Source: Gemmatimonadales bacterium (GTDB taxonomy: Bacteria > Gemmatimonadota > Gemmatimonadetes > Gemmatimonadales > GWC2-71-9). Taken from it: a stretch of DNA of 64,000 bases. Every line of letters starts with the position of its first letter. The stretch's first letter is position 1. The stretch spans positions 303,551 through 367,550 of the forward strand of contig JASNZF010000001.1 in the NCBI GenBank assembly GCA_048499805.1, read 5' to 3'. Both the position numbers and the translations under genes were made by a program. Positions 18,443 to 27,779 of this stretch are shown here, piece after piece. Below the pieces are notes generated by a model. That model saw only the letters and a list, made by a program, of their open reading frames with translations. It had not been told where the DNA came from and did no database searches.

Positions 18443-19905
18443 CAGATGTACCCGAGCCCACTCAGTCGCTGGCGGATGATCTCCTCGCCGGCCGCGGTGG
18501 TCCCGCTGCCGCCGCCGGCGGCCAGCGTGCCATCGAAGAGCGAGCGGCCCTGGAAGGAGTCCGGGATCTCCGAGCCGGCCACCTCGAGCAGGGTCGGCGC
18601 CATGTCCAGCAGGCGCGCCCCGGTCATCGGCCCGAGGGCGGGGACGTTGGGCGCCGCCAGGATGAAGGCCCCGAACTGGGCATGATTGCAGTCGTCGGGC
18701 CCGGTGTCGTTCTCGCGGATGTGGAGGACCCCGTTGTAGCCGACGCCGCCGATCGAGCGCCAGTCGAGCGCGCCGAAATGGGCGATCAGGTCCGGCGCCA
18801 CGTTGTGCACCTCCCGGTAGATCTCGTCGGGGGCAAAGACCAGGGTGCCGAGTGGCTGCCCGTCGGGTCCCGTGGTGGCCTCGAGCTTGGCGCGGATCTG
18901 GTCCCGGAATGCGGCGTATTCCGCGGCGGGGATCGCGCCGGTCGGCTCCCGTCCCTCGACATTGAAGAAGATCCGGGCGTAGTACCCTCCCTCGCTCCAG
19001 ACCCTGGTCCGGCTCCAGTCCACCTTGAGCTTGGAGAACGGCGTGACCTGCGCGGGATACTCCTCCAGGACGAGGAGCCCCTCCTGCACCAGCCACTCGT
19101 TGACGCAGAACCCGCCGTGCAGCGCCTGGGCGCCGTGGTCGGAGACGACCAGGATCGCGGTGTCGTCATCCACCAGCTCCAGGATCCGTCCCAGTTCCTC
19201 GTCCAGGTGCTGATAGAAGTCGGGGATCACGCTGGCGTAGGGCGAGTTGGGCTCATGATCGGGATGGGTCGGGTCGAGGTACTTCCAGAACCCGTGGTGC
19301 ACCCGGTCCAGGGCGATGTTCACGAACTGGAAGTAGTCCCACTCGGCGTGCTGCAGGTAGTGGCGCACCACCGTGAACTGCTTCCGGCTCATCTCGAAGA
19401 TCTGGTCCCGTAGCCAGTCCTTGTCGCCGGTCCGGAACCCCTTCACATCCACCAGGTACTCGCCGACCAGCCCGGCGATCTCATCCTTGACCGCGGCGGG
19501 GTGCGTGTACTCATCCACCGCCGGATCCGGGGTCAGGAAGCAGCCCACCGCGATGCCGTTGACCCGTGGCGGGGGGAACGACGGGGGCACCCCGATCAGC
19601 ACCGACTTGCGCCCCTCCATGGCCAGGTGATCCCAGATGGTCAGCGCCTTGAACGACCGGGAGTTGACGATCGTCAGGTTGCCATAGCTGTGGTCGGCGC
19701 GGTTCCGGAAGCCGTAGACGCCGAGCGAGCCCGGGTCCCGGCTGGTGGCCATGCAGCGCCATGCCGGGATGGTGATCGGCGGGATGACGCTCTCCAGCTT
19801 CCCGTAACAGCCGGCTTCCATCAGCCGGCGGAAGTTGACGAGCCGCTCATCCTCGAGCAGCAGCGCCGGGGCGGCACAGTCGAGTCCCACGACGAGGAGT
19901 TTCAT
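18442..19905 (-). CDS. AlkP-superfamily nucleotide pyrophosphatase/phosphodiesterase-like protein (COG3379-like)
   Basis: LVVGLDCA, PPITIPAW, LDRVHHGFW, VVSDHG and DDCNH metal/nucleophile motifs. No signal peptide. Confidence 0.85.
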   Translation of the reverse strand: MKLLVVGLDCAAPALLLEDERLVNFRRLMEAGCYGKLESVIPPITIPAWRCMATSRDPGSLGVYGFRNRADHSYGNLTIVNSRSFKALTIWDHLAMEGRKSVLIGVPPSFPPPRVNGIAVGCFLTPDPAVDEYTHPAAVKDEIAGLVGEYLVDVKGFRTGDKDWLRDQIFEMSRKQFTVVRHYLQHAEWDYFQFVNIALDRVHHGFWKYLDPTHPDHEPNSPYASVIPDFYQHLDEELGRILELVDDDTAILVVSDHGAQALHGGFCVNEWLVQEGLLVLEEYPAQVTPFSKLKVDWSRTRVWSEGGYYARIFFNVEGREPTGAIPAAEYAAFRDQIRAKLEATTGPDGQPLGTLVFAPDEIYREVHNVAPDLIAHFGALDWRSIGGVGYNGVLHIRENDTGPDDCNHAQFGAFILAAPNVPALGPMTGARLLDMAPTLLEVAGSEIPDSFQGRSLFDGTLAAGGGSGTTAAGEEIIRQRLSGLGYI

Positions 19906-21776
19906 CAGCGGAGCGAAGTTCCTTCCATGATCGGCGGGGCAGCGACCCCCAGGGCCGAGAGGATGGTGGGGGCCAGGTCCTCCAGCCGGGCGGCGGTGCC
20001 CTCGAACGGGTGGTTCATGAACAGCACCCCGGGGACCAGGGCGGGATCGACGATGTGGTCGCCGCTCCAGCGCTTGACGTTGTCCTCGAACACCCCCTCG
20101 GGCACCCCGCCCAGCGCGGTGGTCCAGGAGGCGCGGTAGCCGGCGGCGCAGTTCACCATGAGGTCGGGCGACTGGTCGGCAAAGGCGCCCCGGTAGACCG
20201 CCTCCCGCAGCGCCACGCTGCGGATGGCGGTGGTCCCCCGCGCCGGGTCGGGCAGCCCGGTCAGCCCGGCCGCGATCGTCGCGGCAAGGGGACCGGCGTC
20301 CTCGGGGCGCACGATCCCCTGGGCCTCGCGGCCGGCCTGGTTGAGGTAGATCCCGCCAATGCCGAGGGCATAGGCGCGGCTGCGGCTCCAGTCCACCTGG
20401 TGGAAGAACTCCCCGGCCTCCTCGCCTGGGTGGATCCCGTCCCGCAGCACGAGGTAGCCCTCGCGCTGCAACCAGCCGTTGAGGTGCACCCCGCGCTGGA
20501 AGCTGGTGAAGCCGTGGTCGCTGAGGACGATGACCAGGGTGGCCTCGTCCGCGGCATCCAGCACGGTGCCGACCACGCGGTCGCAGCGCTGGTAGTGCTC
20601 CTCGATCACCCGGGCACAGTCGCGGTCATCGCCGGGGGTGCCGCCGCTGGCCTGCGCCGCGGCGTTTGCGGGGTGGTCGTGCTCGCCGAATCGCCAGAAC
20701 ATGTGCTGGATCCGGTCGGGCGTGTCGAAGAGGCAGTAGAGCAGCCCCTCGCGGAACCGGGCCAGTTCATGGGCCAGCATCGCCTCCCGCTCCCCCATCA
20801 CCCCGTCGCAGTGCGCCAGGTACTCGGCCTCGCCGAACCGCTCGTTGCTGAGCCCCCGGTGGTCCTCGATCATTCCCATCGTGGCGAACGGTCCCATCTC
20901 GCGGGAGAGTTCCGTCGCGTATTCCCAGGGGCTGCTGATCGGGAAGAGCGGGGCCTCGGGATCGAAGTTGATCGGTGAGGCGTAGAGCTCCAGGTCGGGA
21001 GCAGTTCGCAGCAGGAAGAACTGCACCAGCCCCGAGGTCGATTGCAGGAGCCCGGTCTTGAAGCGGACCCGCATCCAGTCGCTCCAGACCCCCGGACGGA
21101 GCTCCATCGTCTTCGGCTGGCCCTCGCCCTGCAGCACCACCCCCTCGCCACCCGGCATCACCGTGATCCGGAGCGGGGTGTGGAGGTCACTCCCGGTCTT
21201 GGGGTTCCGCGGGCCGATCAGGTGGGTCGAGGCGGTGCCGCCCTCCAACGCCAGCTGGACCACCTGTTCGCTCTCGCGGGCAGAGGCCTTCGGGTCGGTC
21301 GAGTACAACGTCGCCGTGCCAATGCCGCCCCGGAGGTCCGGCACGCCCATTCCCGAGAGCATCCGGCCCCGCATTGGGTCCGGGGGGTAGGTGCAGGGAC
21401 AGCGGATCACCGTCGAGGGAATCCCGGCCTCGCCGAGCACCTGCCAGACCGGGGTGCCGCCCCGCAGGTTGACCGCTTTCGGTGGCAGGAAGCTGTTCTT
21501 CTGCTCGTACCGGTTGAGCGACAGGTCGGGAAGGTAGGTCCGCGGGTCGCGACGGAGAAAATCGAAGATGCCGTGGCCACCGGGGTTCACCCCGGTCGCG
21601 AAGGTAGACCAGGCCACCGGCGTCTGGGCCGGGTTGGTGGTCGCCACCCGGCCGTACCCGCCGGCGTCACGGAGCCGCGCCAGATGGGGCAAGGCCCCCG
21701 CGGCCAGCATGCGGTCAACGATGGTGGGCTCCAGGCCGTCCAGCCCGATGACCACCACCTTCCGAAACGTGCCCAT
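19905..21776 (-). CDS. AlkP-superfamily nucleotide pyrophosphatase/phosphodiesterase-like protein (COG3379-like), larger paralog
   Basis: VVIGLDGL, PAQTPVAWSTFATG, DTPDRIQHMFW, VLSDHGF and WSGDH motifs. No signal peptide. Confidence 0.87.
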   Translation of the reverse strand: MGTFRKVVVIGLDGLEPTIVDRMLAAGALPHLARLRDAGGYGRVATTNPAQTPVAWSTFATGVNPGGHGIFDFLRRDPRTYLPDLSLNRYEQKNSFLPPKAVNLRGGTPVWQVLGEAGIPSTVIRCPCTYPPDPMRGRMLSGMGVPDLRGGIGTATLYSTDPKASARESEQVVQLALEGGTASTHLIGPRNPKTGSDLHTPLRITVMPGGEGVVLQGEGQPKTMELRPGVWSDWMRVRFKTGLLQSTSGLVQFFLLRTAPDLELYASPINFDPEAPLFPISSPWEYATELSREMGPFATMGMIEDHRGLSNERFGEAEYLAHCDGVMGEREAMLAHELARFREGLLYCLFDTPDRIQHMFWRFGEHDHPANAAAQASGGTPGDDRDCARVIEEHYQRCDRVVGTVLDAADEATLVIVLSDHGFTSFQRGVHLNGWLQREGYLVLRDGIHPGEEAGEFFHQVDWSRSRAYALGIGGIYLNQAGREAQGIVRPEDAGPLAATIAAGLTGLPDPARGTTAIRSVALREAVYRGAFADQSPDLMVNCAAGYRASWTTALGGVPEGVFEDNVKRWSGDHIVDPALVPGVLFMNHPFEGTAARLEDLAPTILSALGVAAPPIMEGTSLR

Positions 21777-21790
21777 CCGGCGGGCCCGCG

Positions 21791-21931
21791 CTACTTCCGC
21801 AACTGGCCGGTGAGCTTCTGGGTCAGGAGGCGGACCGTCCCCACCACGCGCCGCCAGAACATGAGCAGAAAGCCCGCCACGGCAGCGATCGCGGATGCGA
21901 CCGGCATGAGTACGTCGGGGCCTATGTACAT
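21791..21931 (-). CDS. 46-aa single-TM membrane peptide heading the sulfate-activation operon
   Basis: GAGGAGG then ATG 21931. MYIGPDVLMPVASAIAAVAGFLLMFWRRVVGTVRLLTQKLTGQLRK: one hydrophobic helix and a basic tail. The stop lies 14 nt before the next start. Confidence 0.7.
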   Translation of the reverse strand: MYIGPDVLMPVASAIAAVAGFLLMFWRRVVGTVRLLTQKLTGQLRK

Positions 21932-22060
21932 CGCGCCTCCTCGGACAAGGAACTGATATTGCAATGATGGATTACGAAATGTAACCACTCCGACCTTGCG
22001 AGACTCGTGCCACCCCGGGCCCGCAATCGGGCGGGATCACGGGCCGCCCCAACAACTTAT

Positions 22061-22082
22061 CCTGTTGCATGGATGCAACAGG
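22061..22082. promoter_or_regulatory. Perfect palindrome, candidate transcription-factor operator
   Basis: CCTGTTGCAT-GG-ATGCAACAGG, with 10-bp arms, in the divergent intergenic region. Confidence 0.5.
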
Positions 22083-22307
22083 TGCCTCGCCCGCCCTACC
22101 ATCCAGCTTCGAGGCCGCCACCGGGACCTCGGGGACCACCTCCCGGCTCCGGCCGGGCCCCACACCCATTTGCCCTTCCCCTTGCCGGGCGGTAACCTCT
22201 CTCCGCTCCGGCGACCGAAGCGGGGTGCCAATCCTGCCGGATCGCCGCGGCCCGAAGCAGCGCTGGATCAATGCGACCATCCCCCCACCTGATTGAAGGA
22301 GAGTCCC

Positions 22308-22871
22308 ATGCCCGTCTCGCTGCTGTCGCTGTGGATGCCCATCCTCGTCTCGGCGGTGCTGGTGTTCGTGGTGAGCTCCATCATCCACATGTTCTTCACC
22401 TACCACAAGAATGACTTCCGCAAGTTGCCGGCCGAAGACGCCGCCCGCGATGCCCTCCGGCCCCTGGCCATTCCCCCGGGGGACTACAGCGTCCCCTACG
22501 GCGGGTCGGCTGCTGCCATGAAGTCGCCCGAGTATGCCGAGAAGTTGAACCAGGGACCGGTGCTGATGATGACCGTGCTGCCGAACGGCCCGTTCACGAT
22601 GGGCACCAGCCTGGCACTCTGGTTCGGCTTCACGCTCCTGGTCAGCCTGTTCGCGGGCTATCTGGGCAGCCGGACGGCTCCCGCGGGGACCGAATACTTG
22701 GCGGTCTTCCGGATCACCGCCACGGTGGCGTTCGCGGGGTACGCCCTGGGACAGCTGCAGGACTCCATCTGGTACAAGCGAAACTGGGGTGCCACCCTGC
22801 GGTCGATGTTTGACGGGCTGATCTACGCCCTCGTCACCGGCGGGACGTTCGGGATGCTCTGGCCGGCCTGA
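22308..22871 (+). CDS. Hypothetical multi-pass membrane protein
   Basis: GAAGGAGAG then ATG 22308. MPVSLLSLWMPILVSAVLVFVVSS... with about 5 hydrophobic helices. Confidence 0.8.
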   Translation: MPVSLLSLWMPILVSAVLVFVVSSIIHMFFTYHKNDFRKLPAEDAARDALRPLAIPPGDYSVPYGGSAAAMKSPEYAEKLNQGPVLMMTVLPNGPFTMGTSLALWFGFTLLVSLFAGYLGSRTAPAGTEYLAVFRITATVAFAGYALGQLQDSIWYKRNWGATLRSMFDGLIYALVTGGTFGMLWPA

Positions 22872-22938
22872 GCGCGGCTCCCGGGGCGTCGGGCAGCGGT
22901 CGTCTCCCGATTCGAGGTGACCCGGGCTAACCTCCGGG

Positions 22939-23307
22939 ATGCCCGCTGATCCACTCCCCCGCCTCCGGACGGCCTGCCTGCGGCTGCCGGAAGCCCACGA
23001 GGTCGAGGCCTGGGGTGCGCCCACCTTTCGGGTGCGCAACAAGCTCTTTGCCATGTACGCCCGACCGGATTCCCACCACGGTGGGGGGCGTCCGGCAGTC
23101 TGGTGCAAGGCGGCGCCGGGGAACCAGTCGATCATGGTGCAGGCCGAGCCGGACCGCTTCTTCGTGCCTCCGTATGTGGGGCCGAGCGGGTGGGTCGGGG
23201 TTTGGCTCGATCGGCGCGTGCGATGGTCGCTGGTGGCCGACCTGCTTGCCGACTCCTATCGCCTGGTGGCGCCCAGGCGACTCCTGCAACGGCTGGACTC
23301 GACGTGA
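22939..23307 (+). CDS. MmcQ/YjbR family protein
   Basis: LPEAHEVEAWGAPTFRVRNKLFA...FFVPPYVGPSGWVGV...LLADSYRLVAP. Confidence 0.88.
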   Translation: MPADPLPRLRTACLRLPEAHEVEAWGAPTFRVRNKLFAMYARPDSHHGGGRPAVWCKAAPGNQSIMVQAEPDRFFVPPYVGPSGWVGVWLDRRVRWSLVADLLADSYRLVAPRRLLQRLDST

Positions 23308-24119
23308 CCCGGGCGGCGTTCCGACCGTTCGAGCGCTACGTGGCAATCGGGGACAGCTCCACGGAGGGTCTCGACGACCCTGATGGCCGCGGCCATTACC
23401 GCGGCTGGGCCGATCGGCTGGCGGAGCATCTTGCCGCGGCCCAGGGTGGGGTGGGCTACGCCAACCTCGCGATTCGGGGGCGACGCACCCGACAGGTCCT
23501 CGATGAGCAGCTCGGTCCTGCCCTGGCGCTCGACCCCGACCTGGTCACGCTCTTCACCGGCACCAACGACGTGGTCTCCCGGCAGTTCGATCCGGACCGC
23601 CTGCGGCGGGACCTGGAGGCGATCCACCAGCCACTCGCCGCCGCCGGGGCGACCCTGCTCACCTTCACCCTGCCGGACCTCTCACCGGTCATGCCCCTCG
23701 CCCGGCTGCTTCGCGGCAGGATTGCCACCCTCAACCACTGCGTGCGCGACGTGTCCGCCGCGTCCGGGGCCATCCTGCTGGACTTTGCCGAGGTGGCCAC
23801 GACTGGAGATCCGCGGCTGTGGAGCGGCGACCGATTCCACGCCAACAGCGCGGGCCACGCCCGGATCGCGGCGGCACTCGCCCGGGCCCTGGGACTCCCG
23901 GGCACCGACAATGCCTGGGCGGTTCCGCTGCCTCCCCTGCCGGCCCGGGGGATCGGTTCGAGGATCCGGGACGAGGTCCGCTGGTGGCGGGGCCACCTCG
24001 TCCCCTGGGTCGCTCGGCACCTGCGCGGGCGCTCGTCGGGCGATGGGGTGCGAGCCAAGCGGCCAACGCTGGAGTGGGTGCCGCCGGAGGGCCTGGCCCG
24101 CCTCGACCCCGGGGGCTAG
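23304..24119 (+). CDS. SGNH/GDSL hydrolase
   Basis: YVAIGDSSTEG, NLAIRG, GTND and DRFHAN blocks. GTGA overlap with the upstream stop. Confidence 0.9.
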   Translation: MTRAAFRPFERYVAIGDSSTEGLDDPDGRGHYRGWADRLAEHLAAAQGGVGYANLAIRGRRTRQVLDEQLGPALALDPDLVTLFTGTNDVVSRQFDPDRLRRDLEAIHQPLAAAGATLLTFTLPDLSPVMPLARLLRGRIATLNHCVRDVSAASGAILLDFAEVATTGDPRLWSGDRFHANSAGHARIAAALARALGLPGTDNAWAVPLPPLPARGIGSRIRDEVRWWRGHLVPWVARHLRGRSSGDGVRAKRPTLEWVPPEGLARLDPGG

Positions 24120-24218
24120 GACGCGGACGCCGGCGTCGCGCGGGGTGGCTGGACCGGGTATTTTGGAAGGGGGTCGGTGTGACGCCTCCCGATGCATCCC
24201 TCCCACGCAGGAGGACCC

Positions 24219-24584
24219 ATGCGTTTCCGCTACGCGATCGTCTTCGTGACCGATCTCGACCAGTCCATCCGCTTCTACCGTGACCTGGTGGGCCTTCCGC
24301 TGCGGGAGGAATCCCGCAGTTCGGCCGAGTTCGATGTCGGCGGCACCACCTTCGCGATCCACATGGCCCACGTGGACGAACCGCAGCATCATCACCCGCC
24401 GATGCTGGCGGGATCCTGCCGCCTGGGCTTCGCCGTCGACGACCTCGAGGCGACCCATGCCCGGCTCATCGCTGCCGGCGTGCGGTGTCGCATCCCGCCC
24501 GAGACCGAGTACGACAACCGGGTCGCCCTCTATGAGGACCCGGACGGGATGAACTTCACCCTGGCGCAGCGCCAGCCAGGGTGA
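24219..24584 (+). CDS. VOC/glyoxalase family protein
   Basis: YAIVFVTDLDQSIRFYRDLVGL...LGFAVDDL...YEDPDG. AGGAGG precedes the ATG. Confidence 0.9.
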   Translation: MRFRYAIVFVTDLDQSIRFYRDLVGLPLREESRSSAEFDVGGTTFAIHMAHVDEPQHHHPPMLAGSCRLGFAVDDLEATHARLIAAGVRCRIPPETEYDNRVALYEDPDGMNFTLAQRQPG

Positions 24585-25780
24585 CCGCCCCGGAGGTCCC
24601 CGCCTCCGGCCCGGTGCAGGCACGCGGCGCCCTGCGGGGCTGGCTTGGATTCGGGCTGGGCCCCCTCGAGCCCGCCTTCCGGGCCGACTGCCTTCCTGCC
24701 GACCGGGCGCGCGCCGTGATCGCCGTGGTGGGGTTCGCCGTCGGTCTCGTACTGGTCGCGATCACCGACCTGTGGCTGGCGGTGTCACCGGAGGGAACCC
24801 CGGGTCGGGTGGCGATCGTGGGCGCCTTCCTGCTGCTCTCCGGCCTGCTCTGGCTGTACATCCGGCAGGCGGCCACCGCGGCGGCGCTCGACACTGCCCT
24901 GCTCGGCTGGCAGGTCGCCGGGGTCGCGACCGTCCTCGCCTTTCGCGCCGCGGGCCTCTCGGCGGTGGATGGCACCACGATTGTCCTCCTCGCCTTCGGG
25001 GCGTATGCTGTCCTGCCCTGCCGCCTCCTGTTCCGGATCATTCCCGCCGCCCTCCTCACCATCGGCGACCTGGCCATCGAGATCCGGGTGCTGGAGATGG
25101 CGCCGCGCATCGTCGCGGGCACCGTCATGGCCCACCTCTTCGTGCACCTCGCCGGTGGGCTTTCCGCGGCGGGGTTCCTGGCGATGCGGCGCCGATTGTT
25201 CCTCGGTCGCCGGGAGGCCGCGGCGGGACGCCAGGCACTGGAACAACTGGCCAACACCGACGGATTGACGGGCGTCCTGCGTCGTCGCCGCTGGCTCGAA
25301 CTGGCGGAGGCGGAGTTGCAGCGGTACCAGCGCCACCAGCGGCCCTTCGCCGTGCTGATTGCCGACCTGGATCACTTCAAGCGGGTCAATGACTCGCACG
25401 GCCACCTCGTCGGTGACGCGGTCCTGCGCGAATTTGCGGGAATGCTCCGCCAGGAAAGCCGGCCGTTCGACCTGGTGGGGCGGCTCGGTGGCGAGGAGTT
25501 CGGGATCCTGCTTCCCGAGACCGACCTGCCGGAGGCCGCCGAGGTGGCCACCCGCATCGTGGAGTCGTGCCGGGAGCTGGTGGTGCGGGAGGCGGGCGTG
25601 GAGATCCGGCTGACCTGCAGCGTTGGCGCGACCACCGTCGGCTCGGCGGACCTCGCGGTGGAGGCGCTGCTGGCCCGGGCCGATGGGGCGATGTACGCGG
25701 CCAAGGTCGGAGGGCGCAATCGCGTGGAACTGGCCCTGCCCGGCGAACCCCCTGGACCGGAACTCGTCCCGCACCCCTGA
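24581..25780 (+). CDS. Membrane-bound diguanylate cyclase (GGDEF)
   Basis: TM-rich N-terminus, TDGLTG, DLDHFKRVNDSHGH, RPFD I-site, RLGGEEF and YAAKVGGRNRV. Confidence 0.92.
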   Translation: MTAPEVPASGPVQARGALRGWLGFGLGPLEPAFRADCLPADRARAVIAVVGFAVGLVLVAITDLWLAVSPEGTPGRVAIVGAFLLLSGLLWLYIRQAATAAALDTALLGWQVAGVATVLAFRAAGLSAVDGTTIVLLAFGAYAVLPCRLLFRIIPAALLTIGDLAIEIRVLEMAPRIVAGTVMAHLFVHLAGGLSAAGFLAMRRRLFLGRREAAAGRQALEQLANTDGLTGVLRRRRWLELAEAELQRYQRHQRPFAVLIADLDHFKRVNDSHGHLVGDAVLREFAGMLRQESRPFDLVGRLGGEEFGILLPETDLPEAAEVATRIVESCRELVVREAGVEIRLTCSVGATTVGSADLAVEALLARADGAMYAAKVGGRNRVELALPGEPPGPELVPHP

Positions 25781-25858
25781 CCGAAGGGAACCGTTTACAA
25801 CCGGCAGCGATGGCCGTCTTGGCACCGGGACCGCACCAACCCAAGCCCCGGGAAAGAC

Positions 25859-27025
25859 ATGACCGTCGCATTGCGGTACCTCGCCTCGACCATGGTCGCC
25901 ATCGCGCTGTCGGGTTGCGCTGCCGAATCCACGGCACCGGAGTCCGGGGCATTGGCGGAGATCTGGTCCCCGTTCCTCACGCTCCCGTCCACCCCGTTGA
26001 ATTACGCGGCGCCCGCGCTCCCCGCCCATCTCCTGGCCCCGGCGATTCAGGCCCAGCGAAACACCCCGGCCAACAATCCCGTCACCGACTGGGGTGCCAC
26101 CCTCGGCCGGGTGCTGTTCTATGACACCCGGCTCTCCCTGAACACCACCAGGTCCTGCGCCTCCTGCCACCACCAGTCGCACGGGTTCTCCGATCCCGCC
26201 CGGCTGAGTGCGGGCTTCAATGGCGGGACCACCGCGCGGCACTCGATGGGACTCGTCAATGCTGCCTACTATCCCAGCGGCCGGTTCTTCTGGGACGAGC
26301 GGGCCGCCACCCTGGAAGAGCAGGTCCTGATCCCGATCCAGGATCCGGTGGAACTCGGGATGACCCTGTCCGGAACGGTGGAGCGCCTCTCCCAGGTGGA
26401 CTACTACCCGGTGCTCTTCGAGCTGGCGTTCGGTACCCCGGCGGTCACCAGTGACCGGATTGCCCGCGCGCTGGCGCAATTCGTCCGGTCCATCGTGTCG
26501 TATCAGACCAGGTTCGATGCCGGCCGGTCGGCGCTTGCGGGCCAGGTCAACCTCGGGCAGGCGGTCTTCCCCAACTACACCGCGCAGGAGCAACTCGGCA
26601 AGGCGCTCTTCTTCGACCCGGCCCGGGGCAACTGTGCGGCCTGTCATGGCACCGAGACCTTCACCGCCCCCCGGGCCACCAACAACGGGCTCGATCTGGT
26701 GCCTCCCGATCCTGGCGTGGCCGGCACGACCGGGACCCCCGCCGATGCCGGGAAGTTCAAGGTGCCCTCGCTCCGCAACGTGGCGCTTCGCGCCCCGTTC
26801 ATGCACGATGGCCGCTTCAGCACCCTCGACCAGGTGATCGGGCACTACAGCAACGGCGTGCGGGCCACCGCCAACCTGGCCCCCGAGCTGCGCCGGCCCG
26901 ATGGCACCCCGCGGCAGGCCAACTTCACTCCCCAGGAACGCGATGCCCTGCGGGCGTTCCTCGAGACCCTCACCGACCCGGTCCTGAGCGCCGACCCCCG
27001 CTGGTCGAACCCGTTCCGGCAGTAG
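25859..27025 (+). CDS. Di-heme cytochrome c peroxidase/MauG-family lipoprotein
   Basis: Lipobox LSG-C. LGRVLFYD, CASCH, FFWDERA, CAACH and FKVPSLRNVALRAPFMHDG. Confidence 0.9.
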   Translation: MTVALRYLASTMVAIALSGCAAESTAPESGALAEIWSPFLTLPSTPLNYAAPALPAHLLAPAIQAQRNTPANNPVTDWGATLGRVLFYDTRLSLNTTRSCASCHHQSHGFSDPARLSAGFNGGTTARHSMGLVNAAYYPSGRFFWDERAATLEEQVLIPIQDPVELGMTLSGTVERLSQVDYYPVLFELAFGTPAVTSDRIARALAQFVRSIVSYQTRFDAGRSALAGQVNLGQAVFPNYTAQEQLGKALFFDPARGNCAACHGTETFTAPRATNNGLDLVPPDPGVAGTTGTPADAGKFKVPSLRNVALRAPFMHDGRFSTLDQVIGHYSNGVRATANLAPELRRPDGTPRQANFTPQERDALRAFLETLTDPVLSADPRWSNPFRQ

Positions 27026-27121
27026 CCGACGGGCCCGGTGTCGTGGGTGCCAGTTGTGTCGCGGCGTGGGCGGAGGCATCGTAAGGCGTTCCCGACCCCC
27101 CGCCACCCCCAGGAGGGCCCC

Positions 27122-27604
27122 ATGGCCACCCGGAAGAAATCGGCCGCTGCCCGTGCCAAGTCGACCCCCAAACGTGCCTCCGCCCAGAACAAGACCCGCG
27201 AGACGAAGCTGAGTGTCGCGAAGTTCCTGGCCGCGCAGAAGGACCCGCAGCGGCTGGCCGACTGCCAGGTCCTGCTCGACATGATGCGCAAGGTGACCGG
27301 AGTCGAGCCGAAGATGTGGGGCGCGAGCATCGTCGGGTTCGGGTCCTATCACTACCGGTACGAGAGTGGCCGCGAGGGCGACATGCTCCGCACCGGCTTC
27401 TCGCCGCGCAAGGAGGCGCTGACCCTGTACATCATGGGGGGCTTCCCCCGTCACGACGCCCTCATGGCACGACTCGGCACGTACAAGACCGGCAAGTCCT
27501 GCCTCTACATCAAGCGGCTCGCAGATGTGGACCTCGCCGTGCTCGAGGACCTCGTTCGCGCGTCGTGGCGGTACATGGCCACTCGGTACCCGGACCCGGG
27601 GTGA
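27122..27604 (+). CDS. DUF1801 (YdhG-like) domain protein
   Basis: PKMWGASIVGFGSYHYRYESGREGD...GFSPRK...TGKSCLYIKRL. AGGAGG precedes the ATG. Confidence 0.88.
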   Translation: MATRKKSAAARAKSTPKRASAQNKTRETKLSVAKFLAAQKDPQRLADCQVLLDMMRKVTGVEPKMWGASIVGFGSYHYRYESGREGDMLRTGFSPRKEALTLYIMGGFPRHDALMARLGTYKTGKSCLYIKRLADVDLAVLEDLVRASWRYMATRYPDPG

Positions 27605-27779
27605 GGGCTCTCCGCCGGGGCCAAAGGGTTCGGGCGGAAAGGGCGAATGGAATGGTGGGCCGACGATGGATCGGGCTGGCCGGCGGGGCCCCCATGAATC
27701 CGCCGTCCACCGAATCCGTAGGGAAAGGAACCCCTGCCCAGTAGCCCCACCCCTTCCGACTCGCACCTGGAGCCTTACC

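Noticed and set aside
18443-19096. N-terminal extension of the 832-aa cysN ORF
   Set aside because: It overlaps the upstream AlkP gene. The coupled ATG at 18442 is more plausible.
21950-22300. Riboswitch or ncRNA in the long intergenic region
   Set aside because: No recognisable aptamer consensus by eye. An Infernal/Rfam search would be needed.
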